Below the pieces are notes generated by a model. It was not told the DNA's origin, did no database searches, and saw only the letters and a list, made by a program, of their open reading frames with translations. This document shows, piece by piece, positions 51,339 through 62,074 of a DNA stretch of 64,000 nucleotides (the stretch's first letter is position 1; every line of letters starts with the position of its first letter). The stretch spans positions 9,078-73,077 of the forward strand of contig CALVYA010000004.1 in assembly GCA_944371905.1 (NCBI GenBank), given 5' to 3'. Made by a program: the position numbers and the translations under genes. The stretch comes from an uncultured Bacilli bacterium. Lineage in GTDB: Bacteria; Bacillota_I; Bacilli_A; RF39; UBA660.

Positions 51339-52553
51339 TTATATTTTTCTTAATAATTTTATTCCATCATTAAAGTTGCAACTCTTAGGACAATCATAAT
51401 CATGAAAAGTACATCTAGCACCATGCATATAACTTTCCATTTCTTTTTTCTTAGGATGATCCTCTTCCACTAAAGCTTGATAATACTCATCTCTAGTTGC
51501 CTCTGTTTGCATAGCTACTTCTAATTGAGCGGCACTACACAATCTTTCTTTCATTTTCATTACAAAATTATCAAAAGTTCCCTGTTCACTAATCGTTACT
51601 TTTTCGTTTTGTGGAATACACTGATATTTTTCAATTAGTGTTCTTGTATCATTTAACCATTCATCTACTAATAAAGGATCCTCCAAAATAATTGGTGGAA
51701 TGAAATATTCTTTATTTTTATTTCGTTCCATCTTGTAATATATAGTTCTATGGCGATGTGCTTGGGCAAGTTCAGCATAAGATCCCTGATAAATAGTAGA
51801 GTAAACTTCTCCATATTCTTTATTATTTTCTGATAAATGTTCTCCAAATATGGATAATTTACGATGTTTTCTATTAGATAATAATCTTTCATCAATCACA
51901 TTAACACGATATAATTCTTCAATCAATTTTTCAATATGAGGCAACAACTGTTCCTGTAAATCATCTTTTTTCCCATTTATACCATGTTCCTTATAATCGA
52001 TCATATAATTGATTACTCTATTTAATTGTGCTAAAGGAATCGTATGAACCATTTCAGTGGGAATGGTCACTGGCATCAAATAGCGACTATTTTCTTGTGC
52101 TAATTTCATTATTTGTTTATCCGATTTAATAGATCCATATTTTTCTTTTATTTTAACAAAGAAAATATTATTCCACTTCTGATATAATTGAATCATTTCT
52201 TCCGTTATTACTCCATCTTCTTTAATAGTAGTATAACGAAGAGATCTTTCACTAGTAGCATATTGATGCTCATTATTTAATATCATATTCAAAAATTTAG
52301 GACTATTTTGTAAATAAAGTCCAATATTGACATGTTCAAACACACTTTGATGTTCTCCACTAGTAGTTCTTTCTACTCTTTTAGAAGTAGATTCTTCTTT
52401 TTCATGAAACGATGCTAAAAGTCCATCTTCATTATAGCAAATTCCACCAATTTGACCTTGATATATCATCGCTTTTTTTAGATTAAAGGTTCCATCTTCC
52501 ATTAAAAAAGATGTATGTGGTAACAAAGTTACTTTTAAATTACTTATTTCCAT
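51339..52553 (-). CDS. thyX: FAD-dependent thymidylate synthase-like protein (two-domain Thy1/ThyX)
   Basis: HQSVFEH, SERSLRY, QAHRHR, RLCSAAQLE; next to tmk. Confidence 0.7.
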   Translation of the reverse strand: MEISNLKVTLLPHTSFLMEDGTFNLKKAMIYQGQIGGICYNEDGLLASFHEKEESTSKRVERTTSGEHQSVFEHVNIGLYLQNSPKFLNMILNNEHQYATSERSLRYTTIKEDGVITEEMIQLYQKWNNIFFVKIKEKYGSIKSDKQIMKLAQENSRYLMPVTIPTEMVHTIPLAQLNRVINYMIDYKEHGINGKKDDLQEQLLPHIEKLIEELYRVNVIDERLLSNRKHRKLSIFGEHLSENNKEYGEVYSTIYQGSYAELAQAHRHRTIYYKMERNKNKEYFIPPIILEDPLLVDEWLNDTRTLIEKYQCIPQNEKVTISEQGTFDNFVMKMKERLCSAAQLEVAMQTEATRDEYYQALVEEDHPKKKEMESYMHGARCTFHDYDCPKSCNFNDGIKLLRKI

Positions 52554-52584
52554 ATTTTACCTCCCCATAAATAGTAAATAAGTA

Positions 52585-53193
52585 TTACCCTATGACATCA
52601 TTATTATTATCAAATTCTACATTTATAAATTTTCTACTAGCTAAATAATCACACATGTGAACAAAACTTTGATATTTAGTTCTCGGTACTGGTAATACTT
52701 CATTTCCATCAAAATCTTTATTCCATGCACCCATATGAGATGAAATTACCTCACAAATAAATTCAATATCTTCATCGTCCATTTCCAAATTATCCATATT
52801 ATCTTTAATAAATTCCGCAACTAATAAGGGATGTTCCACTTTTGTATATTGACTTTTCTCTTTACCTGATTTCAATCCATCATGTAAGATTAAGGCTATG
52901 ATCATTAAGTCTTTTTCATGAAGTGTATATTTTCCTCCAATAATAGGATTACTAAGTAATTCATAAGCCATTCTAACAGCAGATTTAGTATGTCGTACTA
53001 GTCCTCCCTCTCCTAACGCATACTTCGGATGATACTTTCCCGTAGAAGAAGCCGGAACTTCAAAAAAATAATCTGGTAACATCGAAACTAAATATTTTAC
53101 ATCATTTACTAATTTAGGATCCTTAATATAACTATACTCTTTATTAAAAACGTCTACTTTACTCATCACTGTATTATTCATACTTACTTCCAT
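52585..53193 (-). CDS. HD-domain phosphohydrolase
   Basis: PASSTGKYHP, GGLVRHT, ILHDGLK, SHMG, HMCDY. Confidence 0.85.
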   Translation of the reverse strand: MEVSMNNTVMSKVDVFNKEYSYIKDPKLVNDVKYLVSMLPDYFFEVPASSTGKYHPKYALGEGGLVRHTKSAVRMAYELLSNPIIGGKYTLHEKDLMIIALILHDGLKSGKEKSQYTKVEHPLLVAEFIKDNMDNLEMDDEDIEFICEVISSHMGAWNKDFDGNEVLPVPRTKYQSFVHMCDYLASRKFINVEFDNNNDVIG

Positions 53194-54011
53194 TGTCCTT
53201 TCTCTTTTACGTAAATGTCTAATTTATTATAAGGAATTTCTACTTTATGCTTATCTAACGTATTTTTTAATAATTTTAATGCCTCTCTTTTTACTCCAAA
53301 ATAAGTCATTGGTTTACAATCAATTACGATGCTATAAGTAATAGCCGAATCTGATAAAGAAGATACTCCTAATAATTCTGGTTCTTTAATTACATTTTCA
53401 ATATCTTTAATATCTCCTTTAATACCTTCTAGAATTTTCTCTAATTTATCAATATTAGTATCATAACTTACATTAATATCGACAATGACTTTAGCATTCG
53501 CCGCACTATAATTAATAACTTCAGTAAAAGCACTATTAGATATAGTCATAATCTCTCCCGTATAAGCTTTTATTTTCGTATCCTTTAATCCTATAGAAAT
53601 GACTTCTCCCATAAAATCTTTTATCTTAACCGTATCTCCTACAGAATAAGCATCATCAAAGACAGTAAATATTCCTGCTAAAAAGTCTTTTGCAATATCT
53701 TGAAAAGCAAGTCCAATAATTACTCCAGCTATTCCTAAAGAAGCAATAATACTAGTTGTATTTACTCCATAAACATTTAAAATAGCTAATACTACAATAA
53801 TAGCAATAAAATACTTAATCAAATTTTTAATAATGGATATTACAGTAGCACGTTTTTTCTCAGCTCTTACTCCACCTTTACTTAATTTTACTTTATTAAA
53901 TTTATTAATAGAATTAGCAATAATACTATATACAATAATTCCTAATCCTATAAAAATAATTGGTAAATAAAATCTTTTAGAACAAATAAAATCTAAAATA
54001 ATTTCTATCAT
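53184..54011 (-). CDS. Small-conductance mechanosensitive channel (MscS family)
   Basis: SLGIAGVIIGLAFQD, YSVGD, IGLKDT, VEIPY. Confidence 0.9.
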   Translation of the reverse strand: MIEIILDFICSKRFYLPIIFIGLGIIVYSIIANSINKFNKVKLSKGGVRAEKKRATVISIIKNLIKYFIAIIVVLAILNVYGVNTTSIIASLGIAGVIIGLAFQDIAKDFLAGIFTVFDDAYSVGDTVKIKDFMGEVISIGLKDTKIKAYTGEIMTISNSAFTEVINYSAANAKVIVDINVSYDTNIDKLEKILEGIKGDIKDIENVIKEPELLGVSSLSDSAITYSIVIDCKPMTYFGVKREALKLLKNTLDKHKVEIPYNKLDIYVKEKGQWK

Positions 54012-54048
54012 ATTATCATATCCTTCCTATAAAATTATAACTTAATTA

Positions 54049-55152
54049 TTAGCGAATATCAATAAATCTCTCCAATATTTGATTAGATAAATATAAATAT
54101 TTTTGATTAATAGAAAGATAATCCCCCTCTATTTTTAAAACTTCCTGTTTTACTAAATCGTGAATACGAAAAACTTCTTCTATTGTTTGACCATATTTTA
54201 AAATAAACTGGTTCATATTTACTCCTTTTATTTTTCTAAGTCCTAAGATCATTTCATTACTCATTTCTATATCTCTATCTTCATAATCTTTAGTTAAAAC
54301 ATAACATCCTTTATTATAGTGATTAATACTCCTAGTATTCGTTATACGATAATGATCTATATATCCCACAGCGCCCAATCCAAATCCATAGTAAAATTCA
54401 TTATTCCAATAAGTTAAATTATGTTTCGATGCATATCCTTTTTTAGCAAAATTACTAAATTCATAGTGACAATATCCTAACTCTTCTAAAAATTGAATAA
54501 TATAAAAATACATCTCGGACTCTATTTCTTCCTCTAACGGTTTTGTTTTATCGATAAATAATTTAGTATTTGGCTCTAGAATTAAAGAATAAATAGAAAT
54601 ATGAGGCACATCTAAACTTTTAAAAAATAATAAATCTTCTTTCACATCTTGTAATGTTTGTCCATAAAATCCATACATAAAATCAACATTAATATTATGA
54701 AAATATTTTTTAGTAAGCATGACTTTATCATAGACATCGTTTTTGGTATGATCCCGGTTTAAAAAAGTTAAAAATTTATCATTTACTGTTTCTATCCCAA
54801 TACTAATACGATTTACTTGATAATGTTTTAACAACAGTAATAATTCTTCCGTAATATCAGAGATATTTACTTCAAAACTAAATTCTAAATTATCACTTTG
54901 CTTAATTATTTTTAAACTATTAAATAATTGTATCAACCTATCTTTACTTAAACTAGAAGGTGTACCTCCTCCTATATATAGTGTTTCAATGATATCGTTT
55001 TGATAATAAGTTTTGATTTCTTTTTCTAAACTACTTAAATATTGACTTGCTAATTGTTCATGATAATACATTTTGCAAAAATCACAGTAAGAACAAATAT
55101 GTTTACAAAAAGGAATGTGAATATATAAAGATTTAACATTCCTTTTGGTCAT
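54049..55152 (-). CDS. hemW: Radical SAM heme chaperone HemW (HemN-like)
   Basis: YIHIPFCKHICSYCDF, YIGGGTPS, NRISIG, YEFSNF, HNLTYW. Confidence 0.9.
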   Translation of the reverse strand: MTKRNVKSLYIHIPFCKHICSYCDFCKMYYHEQLASQYLSSLEKEIKTYYQNDIIETLYIGGGTPSSLSKDRLIQLFNSLKIIKQSDNLEFSFEVNISDITEELLLLLKHYQVNRISIGIETVNDKFLTFLNRDHTKNDVYDKVMLTKKYFHNINVDFMYGFYGQTLQDVKEDLLFFKSLDVPHISIYSLILEPNTKLFIDKTKPLEEEIESEMYFYIIQFLEELGYCHYEFSNFAKKGYASKHNLTYWNNEFYYGFGLGAVGYIDHYRITNTRSINHYNKGCYVLTKDYEDRDIEMSNEMILGLRKIKGVNMNQFILKYGQTIEEVFRIHDLVKQEVLKIEGDYLSINQKYLYLSNQILERFIDIR

Positions 55153-55166
55153 ATTTCCACACTCCT

Positions 55167-55691
55167 TTATTTTTTTCGTTCTTTAGTATTTATGTGTTCA
55201 CTAATAATATCTTTCGATACTTGTTCTACGATAGCATGTTCTTTTTTATGGGCTTCCATATATTCTTCTAGAGTCATTCCTCTAATATTAGCTTCTGATA
55301 GCGCATATAACAAGGATACTGTATAATCATCCGTAACTCCTTTATTAATCATATCATATAAGGTCGATTTAGGAATACCTGCTACCATTCCTTCTTCACT
55401 ATAAGTTCTACCTTTTTCAATCATATCAAGAGCTAAATCTAAGGCTTGTTCCTTGGTCCAAGTAGGACCACGTTTACCAAGGCTTCCTCCTTTACTTTGT
55501 CCTTGTCTAATACGACTTTCTTTTTTATCTTTTACTAATTTATAGATATCTGGAGCACTACTTTCTAATTTTTTTAGATGTAATTGAAAAGTTCTTTTAC
55601 TAATACCTAAATCATGACTTGCTTGTTCTATAGTTACATCATTGTTTAAATAATACTCTGCTTCTTTTATCATATCTTCTTTATTTGCCAT
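55167..55691 (-). CDS. Tandem HTH protein, SpoIIID-like
   Basis: TIEQASHDLGISKRTFQLHL..L...RIRQG and a second GIPKSTLYDMI HTH. Confidence 0.6.
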   Translation of the reverse strand: MANKEDMIKEAEYYLNNDVTIEQASHDLGISKRTFQLHLKKLESSAPDIYKLVKDKKESRIRQGQSKGGSLGKRGPTWTKEQALDLALDMIEKGRTYSEEGMVAGIPKSTLYDMINKGVTDDYTVSLLYALSEANIRGMTLEEYMEAHKKEHAIVEQVSKDIISEHINTKERKK

Positions 55692-55692
55692 A

Positions 55693-57492
55693 TTATTCAT
55701 CCTCCATACTAAGTACACTCATGAATGCTTCTTGTGGTAGTTCTACACTACCTATTTGTTTCATTTTTTTCTTTCCTTCTTTTTGCTTTTCTAAAAGTTT
55801 TCTTTTCCTTGTAATATCTCCACCATAACATTTTGCTAATACATCTTTTCTTAATGCTTTTACTGTACTTCTTGCAATCACGTGATTACCAAGAGAAGCT
55901 TGAATAGGAACTTCAAACATTTGTCTGGGGATTACTTCTTTTAATTTTTCTACTACACTTCTACCACGTTTATAAGCAAAATCTTTGTGAACAATAACAC
56001 TTAAGGCATCTATGATTTCTCCATTTAACAAAATATCCATTTTTACCAAATCACTTGGTTTATACCCTATAATTTCATAATCAAAAGAAGCATATCCTTT
56101 AGTATAAGACTTTAGCTTATCAAAAAAGTCATAGACAATCTCTGATAATGGTAATTCATAATGAATATTGACTCGTAATGGATCAATATAATCCATACTG
56201 ATATAAATTCCTCTTTTTTCTTGACATAATTCCATAATAGGGCCAATATATTCACTTGGGGTAAAAATATTAGTTTTAATATAAGGCTCTCTTATTTCTG
56301 ATATTTTACTTTTATCTGGTAATTTATTAGGAGCATCAATCATTACTACTTCTTTATTAGTTAATACTACCTCATAAATAACAGAAGGCGCTGTTGTAAT
56401 TAAATCGATATTAAATTCTCTAGTTACTCGTTCTTTAATTATTTCCATATGCAAAAGGCCTAAAAAACCACAACGAAAACCAAATCCTAATGCACTAGAT
56501 GTCTCTGGTTCAAACAAAAGGGACGCATCATTTAATTTTAATTTATTTAGGGCATCTCTTAAATCTTCAAATTTAGAAGATTCGATTGGGTATATACCAC
56601 AAAAAACCATAGATTTCATAGGTTTATATCCTGGCAATCTAGAAGTTGCTGGATGATTAGCAAGTGTTATCGTATCCCCTACTTTGACATCTGAAATACT
56701 TTTAATACTAGCACAAATAAAACCTACTTCCCCGGCTATTAATTCCTGTTTTTTTACTTCTTTAGGAGTATTAATACTAATATCTACTACTTCATAACTA
56801 GCATTAGTTTCCATCATTTTAATGGTATCCCCAACTTTTACTTTTCCCTCAACAATACGAACCGATACTACAATTCCTCGATAAGGGTCAAAAATACTAT
56901 CAAAGATCAATGCTTGCAATGGGTTTGAACTATCACCTTTAGGAGAGGGAATTTTTTCGACGATAGCATCTACTAACTCTTTAATTCCTTCTCCAGTTTT
57001 AGCACTTGTTAATAAAATTTCTTCTTCCTTAAAACCTATTAAATCCTGTAATTCTTTTTTTACTTTTGGTACATCAGCATTAGGTAAATCTATTTTATTA
57101 ATAACAGGGATAATAACTAAATCATTTTCCATCGCTAAATATAAGTTCGCTAATGTCTGTGCTTCAATTCCTTGAGCAGCATCTACAACTAAAATAGCTC
57201 CTTCACAAGCCGCAAGACTTCTTGAAACTTCATAAGAAAAATCGACATGACCTGGTGTATCTATTAAATTTAAATAATATTCTTCCTTATGATAATGATA
57301 TTTTAGACTAGCAGTATTTAATTTTATCGTAATACCACGTTCTCTTTCAATATCCATACTATCTAACATTTGGGCTTTTGCTTCTCTTTTAGAAACAGCA
57401 TTTGTAACTTCTAAGATCCGATCCGCTAATGTACTTTTTCCATGATCAATATGAGCTATAATGCTAAAATTTCTAATGTGTTGTCTGTTCAT
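55693..57492 (-). CDS. lepA: Elongation factor 4 LepA
   Basis: [42 protein letters not shown]. Confidence 0.98.
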   Translation of the reverse strand: MNRQHIRNFSIIAHIDHGKSTLADRILEVTNAVSKREAKAQMLDSMDIERERGITIKLNTASLKYHYHKEEYYLNLIDTPGHVDFSYEVSRSLAACEGAILVVDAAQGIEAQTLANLYLAMENDLVIIPVINKIDLPNADVPKVKKELQDLIGFKEEEILLTSAKTGEGIKELVDAIVEKIPSPKGDSSNPLQALIFDSIFDPYRGIVVSVRIVEGKVKVGDTIKMMETNASYEVVDISINTPKEVKKQELIAGEVGFICASIKSISDVKVGDTITLANHPATSRLPGYKPMKSMVFCGIYPIESSKFEDLRDALNKLKLNDASLLFEPETSSALGFGFRCGFLGLLHMEIIKERVTREFNIDLITTAPSVIYEVVLTNKEVVMIDAPNKLPDKSKISEIREPYIKTNIFTPSEYIGPIMELCQEKRGIYISMDYIDPLRVNIHYELPLSEIVYDFFDKLKSYTKGYASFDYEIIGYKPSDLVKMDILLNGEIIDALSVIVHKDFAYKRGRSVVEKLKEVIPRQMFEVPIQASLGNHVIARSTVKALRKDVLAKCYGGDITRKRKLLEKQKEGKKKMKQIGSVELPQEAFMSVLSMEDE

Positions 57493-57609
57493 AATATCAC
57501 CTTTTATTATTATATCATAAGCATTTTTATAAATCTAATTTTTTATCAAGAAAATTCTTTGCGATTATCTATTTATTTGTTATAATGTAACTCGTTAGAA
57601 GGTGTTGCT

Positions 57610-58098
57610 ATGAGAAATCTTGTTTATCATGAATTTCCTCCAGAATATCATAAAAATGATACAGTGTTAATATTAGGATCGATCCCTTCTCCTAAATCTA
57701 GAGAAGAACAATTTTATTACGCTCATCCTCAAAATAGGTTTTGGAGGGTACTAGCTGAAATTTTCAAAGAAAAACTCCCTAGTACTATAGAAGAAAAAAA
57801 AGAATTTTTAAAAAAATATCATATTGCCTTATGGGACGTTATTTATTCTTGTGAAATAGAAAAAGCATCAGATACTTCTATTAAAAATGTAACGCCAAAT
57901 AACATTAACTTAATTTTAGAAAAATGTCCTATTGAGAAGATATTTACTGTAGGAAAAACAGCTACTAAATTATATAAAAAATATTGTTATCCCAATACTA
58001 AAATAGAGTCTATTTACTTACCTTCTACTAGTCCTGCTAATTGCGCTATAAAAATGGAGCAATTAATCAAAGAGTTCGAAAAAATTATTACAAAATAA
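57610..58098 (+). CDS. Uracil-DNA glycosylase-like (hypoxanthine DNA glycosylase family)
   Basis: LILGSIPS, YYAHPQNRFW, IALWDVI, LPSTSPAN. Confidence 0.88.
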   Translation: MRNLVYHEFPPEYHKNDTVLILGSIPSPKSREEQFYYAHPQNRFWRVLAEIFKEKLPSTIEEKKEFLKKYHIALWDVIYSCEIEKASDTSIKNVTPNNINLILEKCPIEKIFTVGKTATKLYKKYCYPNTKIESIYLPSTSPANCAIKMEQLIKEFEKIITK

Positions 58099-58116
58099 AA
58101 AGATCCTTAAATCTTT

Positions 58117-59946
58117 TTATTTTTTTAATATGTGATGAAGAAGTTTCTCAAATTCTTTCTTTTTGATTGGTTTAGATAAAATACCATGAAATCCCGTCCT
58201 TAAGTACATATTAATAGCTAATTTATCTGTAGTATCTGTCATAATTACTACTGGTGTATCAAAATCTTTAATTCGTTTTAATTTTTGTAAAGTATCTATT
58301 GTACTTAATTTTTTTAATACATCATCAATCAAAATTAAATCATATTTTTCTTTTTCTCTTATTTTCTCTAAACACAATTGTCCCCCATTCACAGGGATAA
58401 TATTAACAGTATCATTAGCAAACTTTTTCGTAATGTTTTCTAAATTTTTACTATCGTCATCTACAACCATAATATTAATTTTATGTTCTTGAATTTGCTT
58501 ATAAGTTTGCAATTCTTCCATAACTTTACGATCACTATGATCCACTATTTTTTGATCGACTACTACTGTTATGTTAGAGCCATTACTATCTCCACCTTTC
58601 ACAACAATAGTACCTCCCATAGAATTCACTCTTTTTTTAATCTCATTTAAAGGAACTTCATTATCATCTTCTTGTTCTATTTTTTCTTCTTCCTTATTAG
58701 TATTCATCAGATATTTATCCACTACTTCCGCATTAATTCCTTTACCGGAATCCTCGATATTAATAATCAATCGGCAAACATCATATTTCACTATCGAATT
58801 AATATTCAATTCAATAAATCCTTTATCGGTATATTTAATAGAATTAGATAATAATGAATTAATTACCTGCTTTAATTTAATATAATCTCCCAGCAATTCT
58901 TCTGGCATTCCTTCGTCTACATTAATTCTAAAATCTAATCCTTTATTCTGAATTGTAGTTTTATTTTTTAAAACAATTTCATCTAATAAATTGCGTATAT
59001 TATATTCGTTTTCAATTACCTTAATCCTATTAGCATCTAAAGTCGATAAATCAAAAACAGAACTCAATGCATTTAAAATACGATTACTTAAATCATTAAT
59101 TTCTAATAAATTACTCTTTAATAATTTTATATCGTTTTCTTCCGATGTAATATTACTCATATCTACAATACTTTTAAGACGAGGTTTCATCTGTTGCGTA
59201 AAATTAAATAATAGTAATGATTTATCATTATTATATTTTTCCGATAACTCTTTTGCTTTATTTAACTCTTCAATCATTCTAATATCTGGATTTTCTATAG
59301 TAAAATACATCAAAAAGGTAACAAAGGTTTCCATCGAAGTCATCAATAAAAAGGAAGGATTTAATCTTTGAATAATAATTACAATCGTTCCAATAATCAT
59401 AAATACAAACATGGGAACATACTTACGAGATTTAATATTTTTAATATTATAACACATACATATTACCCACGCTACAACACTCATAGTACCAACAATATAA
59501 GATAAATTAGCACTTGGCCCATAAGAGTAGATTTGATTATTTTCATTATGGTAATAAAGAGGTAACGAAATAATTAAAAATAAACTAATAACAGCAAAAA
59601 TAATATAAATATTCACTAACTTTTTATGAGATCTAACTAAGGTTTTAAAACTTTCGTTATTTTTCTTAAAAGAAATAACAAAAATATAAGATGTTAATAT
59701 ACAAATCCAAACATGAAGATATACTAAATAAGATTTAGTAACAATGACATTCAGTATCGGTATAGCTTCCATATTGGTTACTGTAAAAATACTCATAATA
59801 TCTAGAATAATTCCAATTAAGTTCGTAATAATTAAAACTTTAAAAATTTTATTTTCATCCGTTTCTAATCTTTGTTTATAAAAATAAACGGTAATTAATA
59901 AAATACTATAAAACAAACTAGCAATTAAAACAAATAAACTATTCAC
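58117..59946 (-). CDS. 7TM hybrid sensor kinase-like protein with receiver domain; kinase motifs degenerate
   Basis: 7TM N-terminus, FTIENPD, N box LLSNSIKYT, G1 EDSGKGI, REC VVDDD..LILIDD..KP; H box reads FNFTQQMK. Confidence 0.8.
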   Translation of the reverse strand: MNSLFVLIASLFYSILLITVYFYKQRLETDENKIFKVLIITNLIGIILDIMSIFTVTNMEAIPILNVIVTKSYLVYLHVWICILTSYIFVISFKKNNESFKTLVRSHKKLVNIYIIFAVISLFLIISLPLYYHNENNQIYSYGPSANLSYIVGTMSVVAWVICMCYNIKNIKSRKYVPMFVFMIIGTIVIIIQRLNPSFLLMTSMETFVTFLMYFTIENPDIRMIEELNKAKELSEKYNNDKSLLLFNFTQQMKPRLKSIVDMSNITSEENDIKLLKSNLLEINDLSNRILNALSSVFDLSTLDANRIKVIENEYNIRNLLDEIVLKNKTTIQNKGLDFRINVDEGMPEELLGDYIKLKQVINSLLSNSIKYTDKGFIELNINSIVKYDVCRLIINIEDSGKGINAEVVDKYLMNTNKEEEKIEQEDDNEVPLNEIKKRVNSMGGTIVVKGGDSNGSNITVVVDQKIVDHSDRKVMEELQTYKQIQEHKINIMVVDDDSKNLENITKKFANDTVNIIPVNGGQLCLEKIREKEKYDLILIDDVLKKLSTIDTLQKLKRIKDFDTPVVIMTDTTDKLAINMYLRTGFHGILSKPIKKKEFEKLLHHILKK

Positions 59947-60006
59947 TTTTACTCACCTCTATTATTATTTATCTATAGTATAACACATAAAAAAAAGAAA
60001 TAATCA

Positions 60007-62004
60007 TTATTTCTTTTGAGATGATAATTTTTTTACTTTTAATTTTTCATCAGACTTTCTATTAAAGAATAAATAGCTAGTAGCAGGAATACATTTTTCA
60101 GTAATTCCCTCTTTTTCTAAGGCCACATTATTTCTTTTACCACACCCGGTTAATGGATAAGCTTCATCATGATCTCTTACTCTTAATAAAAGTAGATCAG
60201 TAACTCCTGGATGACATTCATTATAAACACGATCAGCAATACTTCCTAATACTTTATCCATAGACTTTTTACTGTCTGGTTGTAATTCAATATGTGCAAC
60301 TGGGATATCTAAATTATTTTCGTTTTTTACTGCTACTACTTCACATGACAAAACGTTTTTAGTATCTTTTAAAATAGCATCTGCAACCGTAAATAAAGGA
60401 ACTTTTTCTCCTGTTAATAATTCAATTTCATTACCAATACGTCCTTTGATATGAACATCACCATAAGTATCAATATAAGCCCAAACATTGTTATCTCCCC
60501 ATGTTCTTCCATAAATATCTGTAATAAAAAATTCTTCTGTTGCTTTAGGATTATCTTTATATCGTTTCATAGTACAAGGAGAAGTGGATACTAATCTTCC
60601 ATATTCACCATATTTACATTCTGTCCCATCTTCTCTTAAAACTGCTAATTCAGTTAATTGAAAAGGAGTTAATCCATGTCCTTCTTTAGATAAAGAAATT
60701 TTATCATATAAAGCTTTATATAATTTAAAGAATAATCCTCCATGTTCACAATCTCCTCCACCCATAGATAAAGGAGCTGTAATTATTGGTAATTTATCAC
60801 TTCCCGCTTTTAGTTTACGTAATCCTTTATTAATAAATTTCTCTTCCCCTAAAGAAGTTGCTTCTCCTACAGAAGCAGGAATTAATAAGAAAGGTAATTT
60901 CATTCCTTGAAACTCTTCTTTTTCCTGAAAATCCTTTATTCCTTGTATCCAAAAACTTCTAGTAGCAGGAGCAAAACTAGGACGATTAATCAAAAGACTA
61001 TAAGCAAAGAAGTCTTTATCATAAATAGGCTCTAAAGCTACAGTACAAGTTTGTGACAATACATCCGAAATACTAGTAATTAAGTCTGTATTAGAATGTG
61101 GTGGAATATGAGCAAGACCTACAATATTACGCATTTCAGGTAATCCTGATAAATCTGTATCATGAAATCTTGCCATAGTAATTAAACTACTATTAGTATG
61201 AACAATAGCCTTTGGACGACCATTTTTAGTAGAACCACTAGTATAAGTAATAATAAATTCATCTTCTAATTGTACTTTAGGAGTTAATAAAGGACCTTTA
61301 TAATTGTTAGCTTTGATCAAAAATTCTCTAAAAGATAAAATTGTATTATCTTCTTTTTGAAACTTACCTACTTTATTCATAAATTTATAAAAACGATCAT
61401 CATAACTAGCAAAAGGATCTTTCCCATCTTTTAAGGAATCTGTTAAAGAGATTATTACTTTATTATCTTTATTTGTCCCAGTCAAAATATCTTTTATCTC
61501 TTCATATTTATCATCAGTTGCGATCAACAAGTTTGAATTACAAGAAGATACAATTTCTCTAATATATTCTTTATCAAAATCAGCACCAAAAATATTAACT
61601 TTTGCTCCGATTAAATTCAAAGCACCTAAAAAATATAACATTTCTGGACAGTTAGATACGCACATAGGAACCTCATCTTCTTGTTTTACACCCATTTTTA
61701 TTAACGCTTTACTAACCCTTATGATATTTTCAAACATTTCTTCATAACTAATAGTTGTCCCACGATAATAAAGAGCTGGACCATTTAAATTATCTTTATT
61801 ACGGATTAAAATATCTTCGATCCAGGAATGATTATGTTTTTCTTGTAATTCTTTCATTACCTGATCTAAGTTCGTTTTCCTTTTTATATGTCTTTTCTGA
61901 ACAGAAGGTAGATAAGAAGAAATAACTATTTTTCCCTCCATTCCTCCTTGTGGTTTTATTTTTTGATCTTCAGAAATATTTTCTTCATTAAAATTTAACT
62001 TCAT
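60007..62004 (-). CDS. Adenylate-forming (ANL/AMP-binding) enzyme
   Basis: YTSGSTKNGRPKAIVHT (A3), IKGR (A8), PLTGCGK (A10). Confidence 0.85.
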   Translation of the reverse strand: MKLNFNEENISEDQKIKPQGGMEGKIVISSYLPSVQKRHIKRKTNLDQVMKELQEKHNHSWIEDILIRNKDNLNGPALYYRGTTISYEEMFENIIRVSKALIKMGVKQEDEVPMCVSNCPEMLYFLGALNLIGAKVNIFGADFDKEYIREIVSSCNSNLLIATDDKYEEIKDILTGTNKDNKVIISLTDSLKDGKDPFASYDDRFYKFMNKVGKFQKEDNTILSFREFLIKANNYKGPLLTPKVQLEDEFIITYTSGSTKNGRPKAIVHTNSSLITMARFHDTDLSGLPEMRNIVGLAHIPPHSNTDLITSISDVLSQTCTVALEPIYDKDFFAYSLLINRPSFAPATRSFWIQGIKDFQEKEEFQGMKLPFLLIPASVGEATSLGEEKFINKGLRKLKAGSDKLPIITAPLSMGGGDCEHGGLFFKLYKALYDKISLSKEGHGLTPFQLTELAVLREDGTECKYGEYGRLVSTSPCTMKRYKDNPKATEEFFITDIYGRTWGDNNVWAYIDTYGDVHIKGRIGNEIELLTGEKVPLFTVADAILKDTKNVLSCEVVAVKNENNLDIPVAHIELQPDSKKSMDKVLGSIADRVYNECHPGVTDLLLLRVRDHDEAYPLTGCGKRNNVALEKEGITEKCIPATSYLFFNRKSDEKLKVKKLSSQKK

Positions 62005-62074
62005 TTAAAACTCCCCATTTTCTAAAATATTTACTACTAGTGGTTATCTTACTTGATTTTATAATTTTTGTCAA

